DNA of 64,000 bases from Ignavibacteriales bacterium (GCA_016192345.1 JACPUH010000012.1:5342-69341), one strand, 5' to 3'; positions 46,657-56,629 are shown, numbered from the stretch's first letter. Notes: generated from the letters alone by a model not told the origin. A program made the numbers and translations.

Positions 46657-47253
46657 TTACTTCTTAACCTCAAAATTGACAATCACCTCTCCCTTGTCCG
46701 GCACTTCCACCGTGACGGATTCCCCTTTCAGCTTCTCGTGCCAAATCCTCAGCGTGTGTTTTCCCGGCGGGACATCTTTCACGGTGTAGCTCCCGTCCTT
46801 CTCACTGACCGCATAGTAGGGAGTTTCCATCACGAGGATGAAGGCTTCCATTTCAGGATGAACTTTGCACAGCATCACCGACGCACAGCCGGGATCCGTA
46901 AAGGTGAACGACCGCACCTGACCTTTCGGCCAGGTGCCAAGGTTGAATTTCTCGGCACACTTGTCGGGCGTAAAAACGTTGTGCAGGACATCGTCGCTGT
47001 TCAGATAGTCAACGGTGGATCCGACAACAACCGGAAGAATGTGAGGGATAAAAACGAGATTCTTCTGATCCATCGTTGCATGTTCTTTCGGCGGCTGGAA
47101 GGTCTTGCCGGGAATCTTATCGATGAAAATCACTGCATCTCCGCTGTGTTTTACCCCTCTTGCTTTTACCTTGCCCTTGATATCGCCCGCCATCAAACCG
47201 TCACTCCACGTCCATGCCAGGAGTGCTGTCATAACGATGAATAAGGCCCTCAT
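46657..47253 (-). CDS. secreted type-1 (blue) copper protein, amicyanin/pseudoazurin-like cupredoxin, with C-terminal beta-sandwich extension
   Basis: Signal peptide. FIPHILPVVVGSTVDYLNSDDVLHNVFT and CKVHPEM give a His...Cys-x2-His-x2-Met type-1 Cu site, spaced as in amicyanin CTPHPFM. Confidence 0.7.
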   Translation of the reverse strand: MRALFIVMTALLAWTWSDGLMAGDIKGKVKARGVKHSGDAVIFIDKIPGKTFQPPKEHATMDQKNLVFIPHILPVVVGSTVDYLNSDDVLHNVFTPDKCAEKFNLGTWPKGQVRSFTFTDPGCASVMLCKVHPEMEAFILVMETPYYAVSEKDGSYTVKDVPPGKHTLRIWHEKLKGESVTVEVPDKGEVIVNFEVKK

Positions 47254-47410
47254 ACATCACCCTTTCAGTAATTGTGTTTTTTTAAAAGAGAGGAGGCGAG
47301 AAAATCATTCGACAGTGATTGTTCCACCGTCTGTGACTTCCTCAGGCTCCGCTCTCCCATCCTTCATGAAATTCCAGGTACCCTGGTGTCCGGGTGGTTG
47401 CGCATCACGG

Positions 47411-48661
47411 TCATATACCGAAATTGAATTGAAGCGTAAAGGTATCCCGCTTCTTGTTCGCCTCGTCGAGGAATTTTTTGAATTCAAACACCAGCTTGAC
47501 GTTGGCACGCGCCATCACGGTAACGCCGGGGATGAGTGCATTCACCGGTTTCACCAGGTCCGCATCGGTATCCCGGTCCTCCCATTCGTACCGCACGAGG
47601 CCGATCAGCCACGGGTAGAACACATAGTTTCCCTGGGCATAATACACCATGGATGATCTGTCCGCGGTTCCGTCGATCGTTGAATTCATGAGCATCAGCG
47701 CTCCGTTGACGACGAAACGGTTGTACCAAAAATCGACATCCCCGCCAAGCACCGTGAAGTCCTCATCCAACGCGTTCGCCCTCGAGGCGGTGCCCTTATA
47801 GAAGAAGGCTCCGAGCGTCACCGAATTATCGAGATAGAATTCCGACGCCTGACTCTCGGCCCCCTCTGTGCCTCCGATTTCACCGAGCCCTCCGATTTTA
47901 TACGTTGCCTTGCCATAGAGATCTTTTTGAGGATTGATGTCGGTCAATCCCTGGCCGTTCACGATGCCGAGACGATAGGTAAACCCGCCACGATCGCCCG
48001 CGCCATTGGCAGCGCCCCACACTTCGAGTCCGTTATGATCATCGCGGAACCGCCATCCATTCCGACTTCGAAAGCTCGCCATGTTGTAGTGATTCCGTGT
48101 GAGCCGGAGATGCGTGGGTGTTGGATCGGCATGCGCCATCCCCACTCGGATGTGAAAACCGGGGCTGAAATCATACTGTAGGGCGAACGGGAAGGCGATT
48201 TCGGTCTCGTTGGCTTCATTCTCAACCTCGAGCTCCCCGAAGAACGAAAAGTTCTCGCCAATAGTGCCTCCATAGAGAAATTCAAGCTCATGCGGTATTT
48301 CCAGGCTCCACTTCACATTGGCGATGGCTGCATATTCGATTCGACCGATAGCCCAGATACCGATGGGGATCGTGCCGGGAATGTCGGCAGGCCAGATGGC
48401 GTCGGGCCAAACTCTCTTGTAGCCTTCCGATCCTATGCTGACCGGCTCTTCTTTCGTCATTTCAGGGTCCGTACCTCCCGGATAGCGATATCCGTTGTTC
48501 TTGAACGCTTTCCCGAAAGCATTGAGCATGGGAGCGGCATAGTGGCAGGTGCTGCAGCTCGTCTTGTACTTGCGCGAGAACGATGGAATGGCATAGACGT
48601 GCTCCGCAGCGATCGCCATGACCAGAATAATGAGGACTACCGTTGCAACAAGCGTTTTCAT
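47411..48661 (-). CDS. Cyc2-like fused monoheme cytochrome c - outer-membrane beta-barrel porin
   Basis: Signal peptide (VYA cleavage) followed at once by CSTCH heme motif (FSRKYKTSCSTCHYAAPMLNAFG). The remaining ~370 aa show amphipathic beta-strand periodicity and end in an aromatic-rich terminus (FTLQFNFGI). AGGAGG SD upstream. Confidence 0.55.
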   Translation of the reverse strand: MKTLVATVVLIILVMAIAAEHVYAIPSFSRKYKTSCSTCHYAAPMLNAFGKAFKNNGYRYPGGTDPEMTKEEPVSIGSEGYKRVWPDAIWPADIPGTIPIGIWAIGRIEYAAIANVKWSLEIPHELEFLYGGTIGENFSFFGELEVENEANETEIAFPFALQYDFSPGFHIRVGMAHADPTPTHLRLTRNHYNMASFRSRNGWRFRDDHNGLEVWGAANGAGDRGGFTYRLGIVNGQGLTDINPQKDLYGKATYKIGGLGEIGGTEGAESQASEFYLDNSVTLGAFFYKGTASRANALDEDFTVLGGDVDFWYNRFVVNGALMLMNSTIDGTADRSSMVYYAQGNYVFYPWLIGLVRYEWEDRDTDADLVKPVNALIPGVTVMARANVKLVFEFKKFLDEANKKRDTFTLQFNFGI

Positions 48662-48698
48662 ACAGCCTCCTGATGGGTGGTTGAATGACGGTGATACC

Positions 48699-49079
48699 TT
48701 AGGGTTTACCGTTCATGTGAAGACACGTTCTTACAGCATCCCGAAGCTTATTGAGTTCCAAGGGCTTCAGAAGAAAATAATCGGCGCCATACGTCTTCGC
48801 CGCTGCCTCGGTGATACGATCGGGATAACCGGTGATGACGATAACCGGAAGCTTGGGATGAATCGCCTTGACGTGAAGAAGAAGGGTGACACCGGAGTGG
48901 AGCTTCAATCGCACGTCGGTGACAAGGAGATCTACACGATGGCCTTCGAGCTTCTGAAGGGCTTCTTCGGCGCTCGTCACCCCGATCATGCTGCAATTCT
49001 CCCTCCGTAAGAAATCCTCAAATGCAGCAAGAATATTATGGTCGTCGTCTATCACCAGCACGGTCGGTTGACTGGACAT
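48699..49079 (-). CDS. stand-alone response-regulator receiver (CheY-like) protein
   Basis: TVLVIDDDHNIL...VDLLVTDVRL...KLPVIVITGY receiver motifs; no output domain. ATG at 49079 (track start is TTG). Ends 37 nt before the Cyc2-like gene start. Confidence 0.8.
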   Translation of the reverse strand: MSSQPTVLVIDDDHNILAAFEDFLRRENCSMIGVTSAEEALQKLEGHRVDLLVTDVRLKLHSGVTLLLHVKAIHPKLPVIVITGYPDRITEAAAKTYGADYFLLKPLELNKLRDAVRTCLHMNGKP

Positions 49080-49275
49080 CCCTACCCCTCTCGTCAATCC
49101 CCTTCTTTATTCAAGAGGCGTACCACGACGGCATGATAAGGCAAGACTGCGAGATTGAGCCGAATTGGGCGAAATGGTCAAACGGTGCGGGGGAAAAAAC
49201 GAGGAAGTGCCAAGGGGGACTTGGCAGTCTGCAAAGCGGGACTTGTCACCGGGAGATCGGTACAACGAGGCAGGA

Positions 49276-50676
49276 TTAACCCCTGAAGGACTTCGCTTTG
49301 ATATCGTGCTTCGACATCAGTCGCTGAAAATTTTGCCGGGTCATGCGGGAACCCTTGGCGGCAGCGGTCACATTACCGTGGTATTTCCGTAAGAGCTCCG
49401 AGACAAACTGGCGCTCGAACATCTGAAGGAGATTAATTCGGGACTTCCCGAAATTCTCACTCATCATGGGCAGCGAAGGAGATCGGACCGACGTATCAAG
49501 AACTGGTTCCTGCAGTGCGTCGGGAAGAATCACGTCACCTTTTGTTAACATCACGGCGCGTTCAAGAAGGTTTTCGAGTTCACGAACGTTTCCCGGATAA
49601 GGGTACGTTTGGAGAAATGTCATCGCTTCGTCTGAAAAACCTGCGACCGACTTTTTGAGCTGTCTGTTGTATTTCATCAGGAAATAGTTGGCAAGATGGG
49701 AAATATCTTCGTTCCTCTCCCGCAGGGGCGGCAGATTGACCGTGACGACCTTCAACCGGAAAAAGAGATCCTCTCTGAAATTTCCGTTCTTCATCTCTAA
49801 TTCGATATCGTGGTTGGTCGCGCAAACAAATCGCCCCCCAACGCGGATGGCAGTGTTCCCCCCCAGGCGTTCAAACTCACGCTCTTGCAGGACTCTCAAA
49901 AGCTTTTGCTGGAGATGCGGCGAGAGGTTCCCAATCTCATCAAGAAAAATCGTCCCCTCCTGGGCGATTTCGAACTTCCCGAGCTTGCGCTCTCCTGCAC
50001 CTGTAAACGCTCCTTTTTCGTGTCCAAACAGCTCCGATTCGAGTAACGGCTCGGGAAGCGCCGTACAGTCAATGGGAACGAACGGTTGGTGGGCGTTGGG
50101 GCTCGCATTGTGAATCGCCCTCGCAACGAGTTCCTTCCCGGTTCCACTTTCACCGAGAATCAGGATCGAGGTGTGATTCGGAGTTGTCGAAATCGATCCG
50201 ATGAGCTTATACACCTCTTGCATCGGGGCGCTCCTGCCGATCAGTTCGTACCGATCGGCCATGTCCCCATGGTATTGACCATGACGGCCTGCCATGGAAG
50301 ATGTTCTGCCAGTGCTGGCCAATGCCTCGCGAGTGACGGCGCGGATCTTGCCGACATCCAGCGGTTTCGTAAGATATTCGAATGCGCCAAGTTGAATTGC
50401 CTTAATGGCTGTTTGCATCGTACCATAGCCGGTGATGATCACGATGGGCATACGCTCGTCTTGCGTTTTCATCTGTTTCAGCACTTCGAGTCCGTCGACC
50501 TTCGGCATCGTGATGTCCATGAACACCACGCCAGGATGATCCGAGGAGATTTTCTTCAACGCCTCCTGTCCATCCCGCGCGAGGACGGTCTTGTACCCGT
50601 CCTTCCGCAGAACTTCGCGGAATGCAAAGAGAATTTTCGGATCATCGTCCACAACCAGCACTGTTGGTTTCTTCAT
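49276..50676 (-). CDS. sigma-54-dependent transcriptional regulator, NtrC family (receiver + AAA+ + Fis-HTH)
   Basis: Receiver domain. AAA+ sigma54-activator domain with GESGTGKELVARAIH and GAFTGA-like motif. C-terminal HTH. Confidence 0.9.
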   Translation of the reverse strand: MKKPTVLVVDDDPKILFAFREVLRKDGYKTVLARDGQEALKKISSDHPGVVFMDITMPKVDGLEVLKQMKTQDERMPIVIITGYGTMQTAIKAIQLGAFEYLTKPLDVGKIRAVTREALASTGRTSSMAGRHGQYHGDMADRYELIGRSAPMQEVYKLIGSISTTPNHTSILILGESGTGKELVARAIHNASPNAHQPFVPIDCTALPEPLLESELFGHEKGAFTGAGERKLGKFEIAQEGTIFLDEIGNLSPHLQQKLLRVLQEREFERLGGNTAIRVGGRFVCATNHDIELEMKNGNFREDLFFRLKVVTVNLPPLRERNEDISHLANYFLMKYNRQLKKSVAGFSDEAMTFLQTYPYPGNVRELENLLERAVMLTKGDVILPDALQEPVLDTSVRSPSLPMMSENFGKSRINLLQMFERQFVSELLRKYHGNVTAAAKGSRMTRQNFQRLMSKHDIKAKSFRG

Positions 50677-53183
50677 ACTCCCATACCATTGGTGATCGGC
50701 AGGTAGATCTTGAACATCGCACCCCCGGCTTGTGAACGTTTGACGGTCACAATGCCTCCGTGCGCATTCACCGTCTGCTTCACCATCGGTAGACCAAGAC
50801 CCGTCCCGTTCGTCTTTGTCGTAAAGAAAGGATCAAAGATGCGACCGATGATCGTTGTGGGGATCCCCGAACCTGTATCGGTCACCTCGACGAGCGCGCA
50901 TGCCGTGCCTTTCTGAAGAACAATTTCCACACCGGCCCGGCCGTCCTTGTTTTGATTACCATCGTAGAGATGGGTAAACGTGAAATCGTGCAGTGTTTCA
51001 CGAAGGATGATTTTCTTCGTCGCGATGGACACGATTTCTTCCTTCGCACGCGCCGGCTTGCTTTCAATGGCCTGGGCTGCATTGAACAAGATGTTCACAA
51101 CGACTTCCTTGAATCGCTGGGTGTCGAGCGGCAGGTTGGAGAGGGTCGGGTCAAGTGTTTGCTGCACATGGATTCGTTCCTTGTTCAAGTGCGGTTTCAC
51201 GAAGTCGAGGCTGTCGTTGATGATTTTATTCAGATTGGCTGTCTGAAACTGAAGCGGCGAGGGTCTGGCAAAACTTAAGAGATCGGCAACAATCTGCTCC
51301 ATGTGGTAAATTGAGTTGAGTGCGACACGCAGGGATTTCTTGTCGGAACGGCTCAGCTGCTTCGATTCACTGTGAAGCTGTAAGATCATCTTGATGGAGG
51401 TCAGGGAGTTCCGAAATTCATGGGCAATAAGAGCCGACATTTCGCCGGTCGCCATCAGCCGCTCCGTCCGGAGAAGATGCTGTTCGAGCCGCTTTCGCTC
51501 CGTCACGTCGGTGATGATCTCGAGAATGGCATGAAGGTCTCCCTCTTTTTTCAGCGGGATTGCCGCATGCTCGATATAGCGGTCCCCACGACCCGTACCG
51601 GCAATGTGGTCGATGTGGCTCGCTATTCTTCCCGAGGATACTGCGATCCTTGAGACACATTGGTGACAGAACCCGCCTTCGCAAAATATCGTCGCACAAT
51701 CCTTCCCACGGACATTGTCGAGCTGCAACCCCGTGATCGATCCAAAGGCGGCGCTTGCCGTTTGAATGCGGTAGTCTTTGTCCAGGAGAACGAAGGCGCT
51801 TGGCACATTGTCGAGAATCGCCTGCAGCTTCGTCTTCTCTTCGGTAAGTTCCTTGGTACGGACTTGCACCAATTCTTCAAGCCTTGTTCGGTGCTGCTGG
51901 ATCTCCTCCTCACGGGCCTCAAGGGACGCAGCCATGAAATTAAACTGCTCTCCGAGTTTCTCAATCTCATCATGGGTCTCAACGTTCAGCCGGTGGTGAT
52001 AATTTCCCCGGGCAATCGTTTCCGCCCCTTGCTGCAACGCAGCGATCGGCTTTGTGAACTGTTGCGTTGCAATCAGGCCCAGTCCGATCGCGACGCCGAG
52101 AAAAAGCATGAGAAAGGCGGCAAACATCCATGCAAAGGAAGACGCAGGTCCGAGGACCACATGGTTGGGGACACTTTCAAACACGTAGAACGGCACGGAA
52201 AACGATGTGAAAGATTGATTGGCCGATAGCGCTGCTCCCCCAAAGAGAGGAGCATAGGCGATGATTTCATCGATTCCTTCCGACACAATTCCACTGTTCC
52301 CGGAAAGCACGGAATCCACCACCGCCGCTGGATAATCGTGCTGGAGATTATCGTCTTCCCGCGACGCCAGGAGTTTATTCCATTCTGTTTTCTTTTCACT
52401 ATGGTAGAGGTAATGGCCATCTCCGCTGACGAGAACTGTTTTCCCGTTGAGGCTGAAATGTCTCGGGGTTTCCATGATGAGGAAGAGATCCTTTGCGAAG
52501 ACATTGGCTACGAGCAATCCTGCTCGTTTTCCCGGCACATCGGGTTTCTCACCTTGACGAGCGAGCGGCGTCACAAAACTGATAATAGGGATGCGCTCAT
52601 TGCTCTGGCTCACGAGCTCTGCCGCCGTGAAGGCTAGTGCATTGGGCTGAAGACCCTCTGCAAGCAGGAAATAAAACGACTCTCGTCCCGCCCGGAGTTC
52701 TTGAGCCGGGACAACCCGATAGCGCTGCATGGAGTCGGGTGCGTCCGTGCTCTCACCACGGATCACTTCATCCCCTGTTTCACTGATAATGCGGAGCTGA
52801 TAATAAATCCCCTTTGTCCGTAACCACGCCAGAAGCTCGTCATTCAATCGCCCGGACACACGATCACCCTGGCGCAAGCTGGAAGAGCTCAAAGCTTGCA
52901 CATACCCCTGAAGCGATGGGGAATTCTTCAACAACCGGAGGTCACTCTCGACATTGGTAAGAAAATTTGCGGTCTTCTCGCGTATGGTACGAACGTCGTG
53001 CGAGAGGTTTTCGTACGCAATCTCCTTCATCATGCTGACGTTTGAGAAAATGCCGTGAAGGCCAAGCACGACAACGGGGATAATGGAAAGACCGGCAAAC
53101 GCGATAATGAGCTTGCTGCGGATGGAAAGCCAGGGGAATATGCTGTTGAGGTTGATCAAGGAGTGCGCCCTACGGTCACTCAT
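50673..53183 (-). CDS. sensor histidine kinase (periplasmic sensor domain, HAMP, PAS, HisKA, HATPase)
   Basis: TM - ~300-aa periplasmic domain - TM. H-box EMSALIAHEFRNSL. ATPase G-boxes (DTGSGIP, GTGLGL). Stop overlaps the NtrC start. ATG at 53183 (track start is GTG). Confidence 0.85.
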   Translation of the reverse strand: MSDRRAHSLINLNSIFPWLSIRSKLIIAFAGLSIIPVVVLGLHGIFSNVSMMKEIAYENLSHDVRTIREKTANFLTNVESDLRLLKNSPSLQGYVQALSSSSLRQGDRVSGRLNDELLAWLRTKGIYYQLRIISETGDEVIRGESTDAPDSMQRYRVVPAQELRAGRESFYFLLAEGLQPNALAFTAAELVSQSNERIPIISFVTPLARQGEKPDVPGKRAGLLVANVFAKDLFLIMETPRHFSLNGKTVLVSGDGHYLYHSEKKTEWNKLLASREDDNLQHDYPAAVVDSVLSGNSGIVSEGIDEIIAYAPLFGGAALSANQSFTSFSVPFYVFESVPNHVVLGPASSFAWMFAAFLMLFLGVAIGLGLIATQQFTKPIAALQQGAETIARGNYHHRLNVETHDEIEKLGEQFNFMAASLEAREEEIQQHRTRLEELVQVRTKELTEEKTKLQAILDNVPSAFVLLDKDYRIQTASAAFGSITGLQLDNVRGKDCATIFCEGGFCHQCVSRIAVSSGRIASHIDHIAGTGRGDRYIEHAAIPLKKEGDLHAILEIITDVTERKRLEQHLLRTERLMATGEMSALIAHEFRNSLTSIKMILQLHSESKQLSRSDKKSLRVALNSIYHMEQIVADLLSFARPSPLQFQTANLNKIINDSLDFVKPHLNKERIHVQQTLDPTLSNLPLDTQRFKEVVVNILFNAAQAIESKPARAKEEIVSIATKKIILRETLHDFTFTHLYDGNQNKDGRAGVEIVLQKGTACALVEVTDTGSGIPTTIIGRIFDPFFTTKTNGTGLGLPMVKQTVNAHGGIVTVKRSQAGGAMFKIYLPITNGMGV

Positions 53184-53409
53184 GCCGTCACAGAACACAT
53201 CGCTTTCTACAAACGGTATGCCCGACCTCCAAGGTGTGCACTCAAGTGAGCAACCCGCAATCTGGCCCGCACATACGCCCTATAACGATCAGGGTAGGCT
53301 TTACTCCCAGCCAATATAATTCTCGGTTCTGAGAATGGAGGTGAGTGTTCTTCTCAGAAGTGAACATGGCGCGTGTTACAAAATTCGCTCTCCTCCCAAA
53401 AGCGAGGCC

Positions 53410-53635
53410 TATGCGTTCACAACATCTATCGCTCCTTGAGCGAGAGATTCGGCCGCTTGAAAATGATCACAAGAGCAACCGCCCATACCATGATGAGTGT
53501 GCTGCCAGTCGCAGCGACAAGGCCGGATTTGCATTCCGTACATGCGGTGACGTAATCAAAGAGGCCATGCCAGACTGCGACCAGGAGAATACTTCCCCCG
53601 TTGCTGTTGTAGAGCCAGGCAAGATGGAATAAAAC
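53410..53635. repeat. direct repeat copy A (~225 bp, ~92% identical to 60047..60272)
   Basis: Aligned by eye: cgttcacaacatct...ctgttgtagagcca, with ~17 mismatches. Corresponds to the 3' end of the CPBP protease gene at 60056..60925. Confidence 0.7.
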
Positions 53636-53647
53636 CTGACCAACCAC
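53426..53647 (-). pseudogene. truncated copy of the C-terminal ~70 aa of a CPBP/CAAX-type intramembrane protease
   Basis: 73-aa ORF ...WLYNSNGGSILLVAVWHGLFDYVTACTECKSGLVAATGSTLIMVWAVALVIIFKRPNLSLKER is nearly identical to the C-terminus of the 60056..60925 product. Lacks the EExxxR catalytic motif. Confidence 0.6.
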
Positions 53648-53680
53648 ATCAAGCCCCGTTGAGAGGGACCCGGCTAACCG

Positions 53681-56629
53681 CTATTTTTGTGCCGTCAGCC
53701 TTGTCAATCGTGCTCTTGCATCTTTCAACTCGACGCTCTCAAAGTCGGCATCCTTCCAGATTTCCAGAAACTTTTCGTATTCCCTGTCGGCTTTTTGTTT
53801 TTCGCCCAACTCTTCATAGGCGACTCCCAGCCAATAATGTGCTTTCACCGCTGCAATGGGCCAGTAGAGACTGGTACAAGCGTTCCACTCCCCCTCCCCC
53901 CAGAACCATGAGAATGGAACCCACCAAGTGACCCGTTCCAGTTCGTGAATTGCTTCGGTAACGTTTCCCGACTTCAGGAGGGCAACACCGTAGAAATAGT
54001 CAGGTCTTCTGTTCGGGGGTTGAGGTGCAAACGCCTTTATGAACTGCCGGACAGATTTTTCGTACTCTTCTTTTTCGAACCATACTATTGCCTCAGCGTA
54101 ATCGTAGGTTACCCGCAACCAGGGAGATTTCCCTTTGATGTCGTCCCTTATCTGACCCAACAATGCCTCGCTCCCGGATCCATCCCCCCTCTTCACCAAC
54201 ACCGCAGCGAGTACACCTCGACCGTATATATAGTCTCGTCTATACCGATTCTCAGAAGGTTTTTTGTTCAACCGGTCTGATCGTTTTTGTGCGTACTGTA
54301 CCGTTGCCCGGTAGTCTCCGAGCTCATAGGATATGTGCATCAGGTACGCGTAGCTATTCACTACTCCAACCCATGCAGCTTCATGGGAGTCAAGATTTTT
54401 CTTCAGCTCCTCGCTCGCCGCCTTAAGTTTTCCTTGATGCATGGAGATCAAGGCTGCGCCACTCTCTGCCTCAGCTTGGTCGGAAGCCCCTCCCGTTGTA
54501 AGTCGATGAAAGTAGGTTGAGGCGATCTGGTAGTCCTGCCGAAGGAGAGCAGTAAAAGCGAGAACATTTGCCGACCAAAACGGCCGGAAGGAATTTGACT
54601 TTGTGAGCCAGTAGAGGGCTGAATCGACGTCACCAAACCACAGGAAGATTTCCCCCTTGCTGTCGTAGGGGTTGTGCTCCCCCGGAGCCAGTCTCAGATA
54701 ATGATCGACAGATTCGAGGGCTTCCTTTTTCTGATTCATGAATGCATAAATATATCCCATCGTGTTCCAGAGGCCCTTGTCAAGAGAATCATTTCGCAAG
54801 CCCTTCAACGCAATTTGTATCGCCTTTTCATATTCAAAAAGGTTGAAGTAATCTACCATCAAATTGCTATACGCATCATGGTAATGAGGGTATTGCCGCA
54901 AGAGCGTTTCAAGGACGGTGGCGGACTTACGTGTATCTTCCTCGACTACACCATGATACCTCGCTTCAATTCGCAGGCGATGCGGTTCTGTCACATTCGC
55001 TCTCAGGTCCCATGCCTTTGTGAGAGCCTTCTTCGAACGAGTTATATTCCACAGTTCATAATATGCCATCGTGAAATTCGTGTCGAGCTCAATGGCCCGT
55101 TTCACTGCGGCTGCCGCTTCCCCCAGAAAGAATGCTTTGTGAAGCTTCACGCCCTCTATATACGCACGGTACGCTTCGGGGGAGGCCGTCGTTATCGCCG
55201 CAACAGATTTTGTTTCCATCAGAGAGGTCGTGAGGAGATTGAGATCCTTTCTCACAAGAGATGTCAAGCTATCGACCAGCACAAATATCTGCTCACGTCG
55301 AAATCCTGAAATCCGCTGGGCGCCCAGGATCTTTCCGCTCTTGACCTCTACTAATTGCGTTGTAATAGCTATCTCCGGCTGCGACTGCACAACGCTACCT
55401 GTCAGCACCGTCGCCGCGCCGACTCTCTGAGCGATTTGCGAGACCATCGGGGGAGAGATCTTGCCCGCGTTCTTCCCGCCGATTTGAGCCTGAACCTCAG
55501 ATAATCGCTCTCTGCTAATAACCTCCAGGCCTTCCATTTGTGAGAGCGAAGTGGTGATGAGGCTGGCTATTATTTCAGCGGTGTGATCTTTGTCGCTTGG
55601 GTCGGGGATATTCTCGAAGTACATGACCGCCACCGTGTTGGCCTGAGCGGTTGCTTGTTCCTCCGTCCAACGCATCAAACTGAAAGGATTCAAAATCAAC
55701 AGGGGAGCGATGAGAGCAACAGCGGCAACAGACCACAACCATAGGGCCTTATCTGATAACCACTTCTTGCGGGGTCGCCATGACCGGATCGCTGATGGAC
55801 GCGAACCATGGGATGTTTCTCGTTTCATTCCCCGCAAGTCGATAACCACTTCTTGCATTGTCTGATACCGATCTTCAGGGTCCTTCTCGATCGCCCGGCT
55901 AACAAGATGTGCAAGCTCCGGAGAGACCTCGGGAAGGTAACCCTGGATCGGCGGCGGCTCCTCGTTCACGATGGAATACATTAATGCTGCCTCGTGCTCA
56001 CCGCGGAATGGCGATTTTCCCGTCAGCATCTCATACAGCACCACGCCGAAGGAAAAGATGTCGGCGCGCCTGTCAACATCACAGCCTTGAAGTTGTTCCG
56101 GCGACATATAGGCAACGGTTCCAAGCATACTGCCCGCCTTCGTCAGTTTTGTACGGCCACTCAGCTTCGCCAATCCAAAATCGACGATCTTCACCACATC
56201 GTTCTTTGTAACCAATATGTTCGCTGGTTTAACGTCGCGATGCACGACGCCATGCGCGTGCGCCTCAGCGAGCCCTTGTGAAATTTGAATGGCAAGGTCG
56301 GTTGTGACTTCAATCTTCAGAGGCCCCCGTTCGATCTTCTGCTTGAGCGTTTCTCCCTCATAGCAGTCCATGACGATGAAGAGTTGGTGATCATCTGTTT
56401 CATCGATATCGTGAATCGTGCAAATATTTGTGTGTTGGAGGGCCGAGACAATTTTCGCCTCGTGCTCAAAGCGCTCCTTCGCTTCTTCGTCGCGAGTAAG
56501 TTCTCGCGGAAGGAACTTGAGAGCCACAGAGCGATCCAGCTTAAGGTCGTACGCCTTATAGACGATGCCCATCCCCCCGCCGCCGAGTTTCTCCAGAATC
56601 TTGTAATGAGTAACTATTTCACCGATCAT
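53681..56629 (-). CDS. Ser/Thr protein kinase with TM segment and extracytoplasmic TPR-rich domain
   Basis: Kinase subdomains GGGGMGIVYKA, HRDVKPANIL, DFGLAK. TM helix. Long C-terminal TPR-like region. ATG at 56629 (track start is GTG). Confidence 0.85.
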   Translation of the reverse strand: MIGEIVTHYKILEKLGGGGMGIVYKAYDLKLDRSVALKFLPRELTRDEEAKERFEHEAKIVSALQHTNICTIHDIDETDDHQLFIVMDCYEGETLKQKIERGPLKIEVTTDLAIQISQGLAEAHAHGVVHRDVKPANILVTKNDVVKIVDFGLAKLSGRTKLTKAGSMLGTVAYMSPEQLQGCDVDRRADIFSFGVVLYEMLTGKSPFRGEHEAALMYSIVNEEPPPIQGYLPEVSPELAHLVSRAIEKDPEDRYQTMQEVVIDLRGMKRETSHGSRPSAIRSWRPRKKWLSDKALWLWSVAAVALIAPLLILNPFSLMRWTEEQATAQANTVAVMYFENIPDPSDKDHTAEIIASLITTSLSQMEGLEVISRERLSEVQAQIGGKNAGKISPPMVSQIAQRVGAATVLTGSVVQSQPEIAITTQLVEVKSGKILGAQRISGFRREQIFVLVDSLTSLVRKDLNLLTTSLMETKSVAAITTASPEAYRAYIEGVKLHKAFFLGEAAAAVKRAIELDTNFTMAYYELWNITRSKKALTKAWDLRANVTEPHRLRIEARYHGVVEEDTRKSATVLETLLRQYPHYHDAYSNLMVDYFNLFEYEKAIQIALKGLRNDSLDKGLWNTMGYIYAFMNQKKEALESVDHYLRLAPGEHNPYDSKGEIFLWFGDVDSALYWLTKSNSFRPFWSANVLAFTALLRQDYQIASTYFHRLTTGGASDQAEAESGAALISMHQGKLKAASEELKKNLDSHEAAWVGVVNSYAYLMHISYELGDYRATVQYAQKRSDRLNKKPSENRYRRDYIYGRGVLAAVLVKRGDGSGSEALLGQIRDDIKGKSPWLRVTYDYAEAIVWFEKEEYEKSVRQFIKAFAPQPPNRRPDYFYGVALLKSGNVTEAIHELERVTWWVPFSWFWGEGEWNACTSLYWPIAAVKAHYWLGVAYEELGEKQKADREYEKFLEIWKDADFESVELKDARARLTRLTAQK

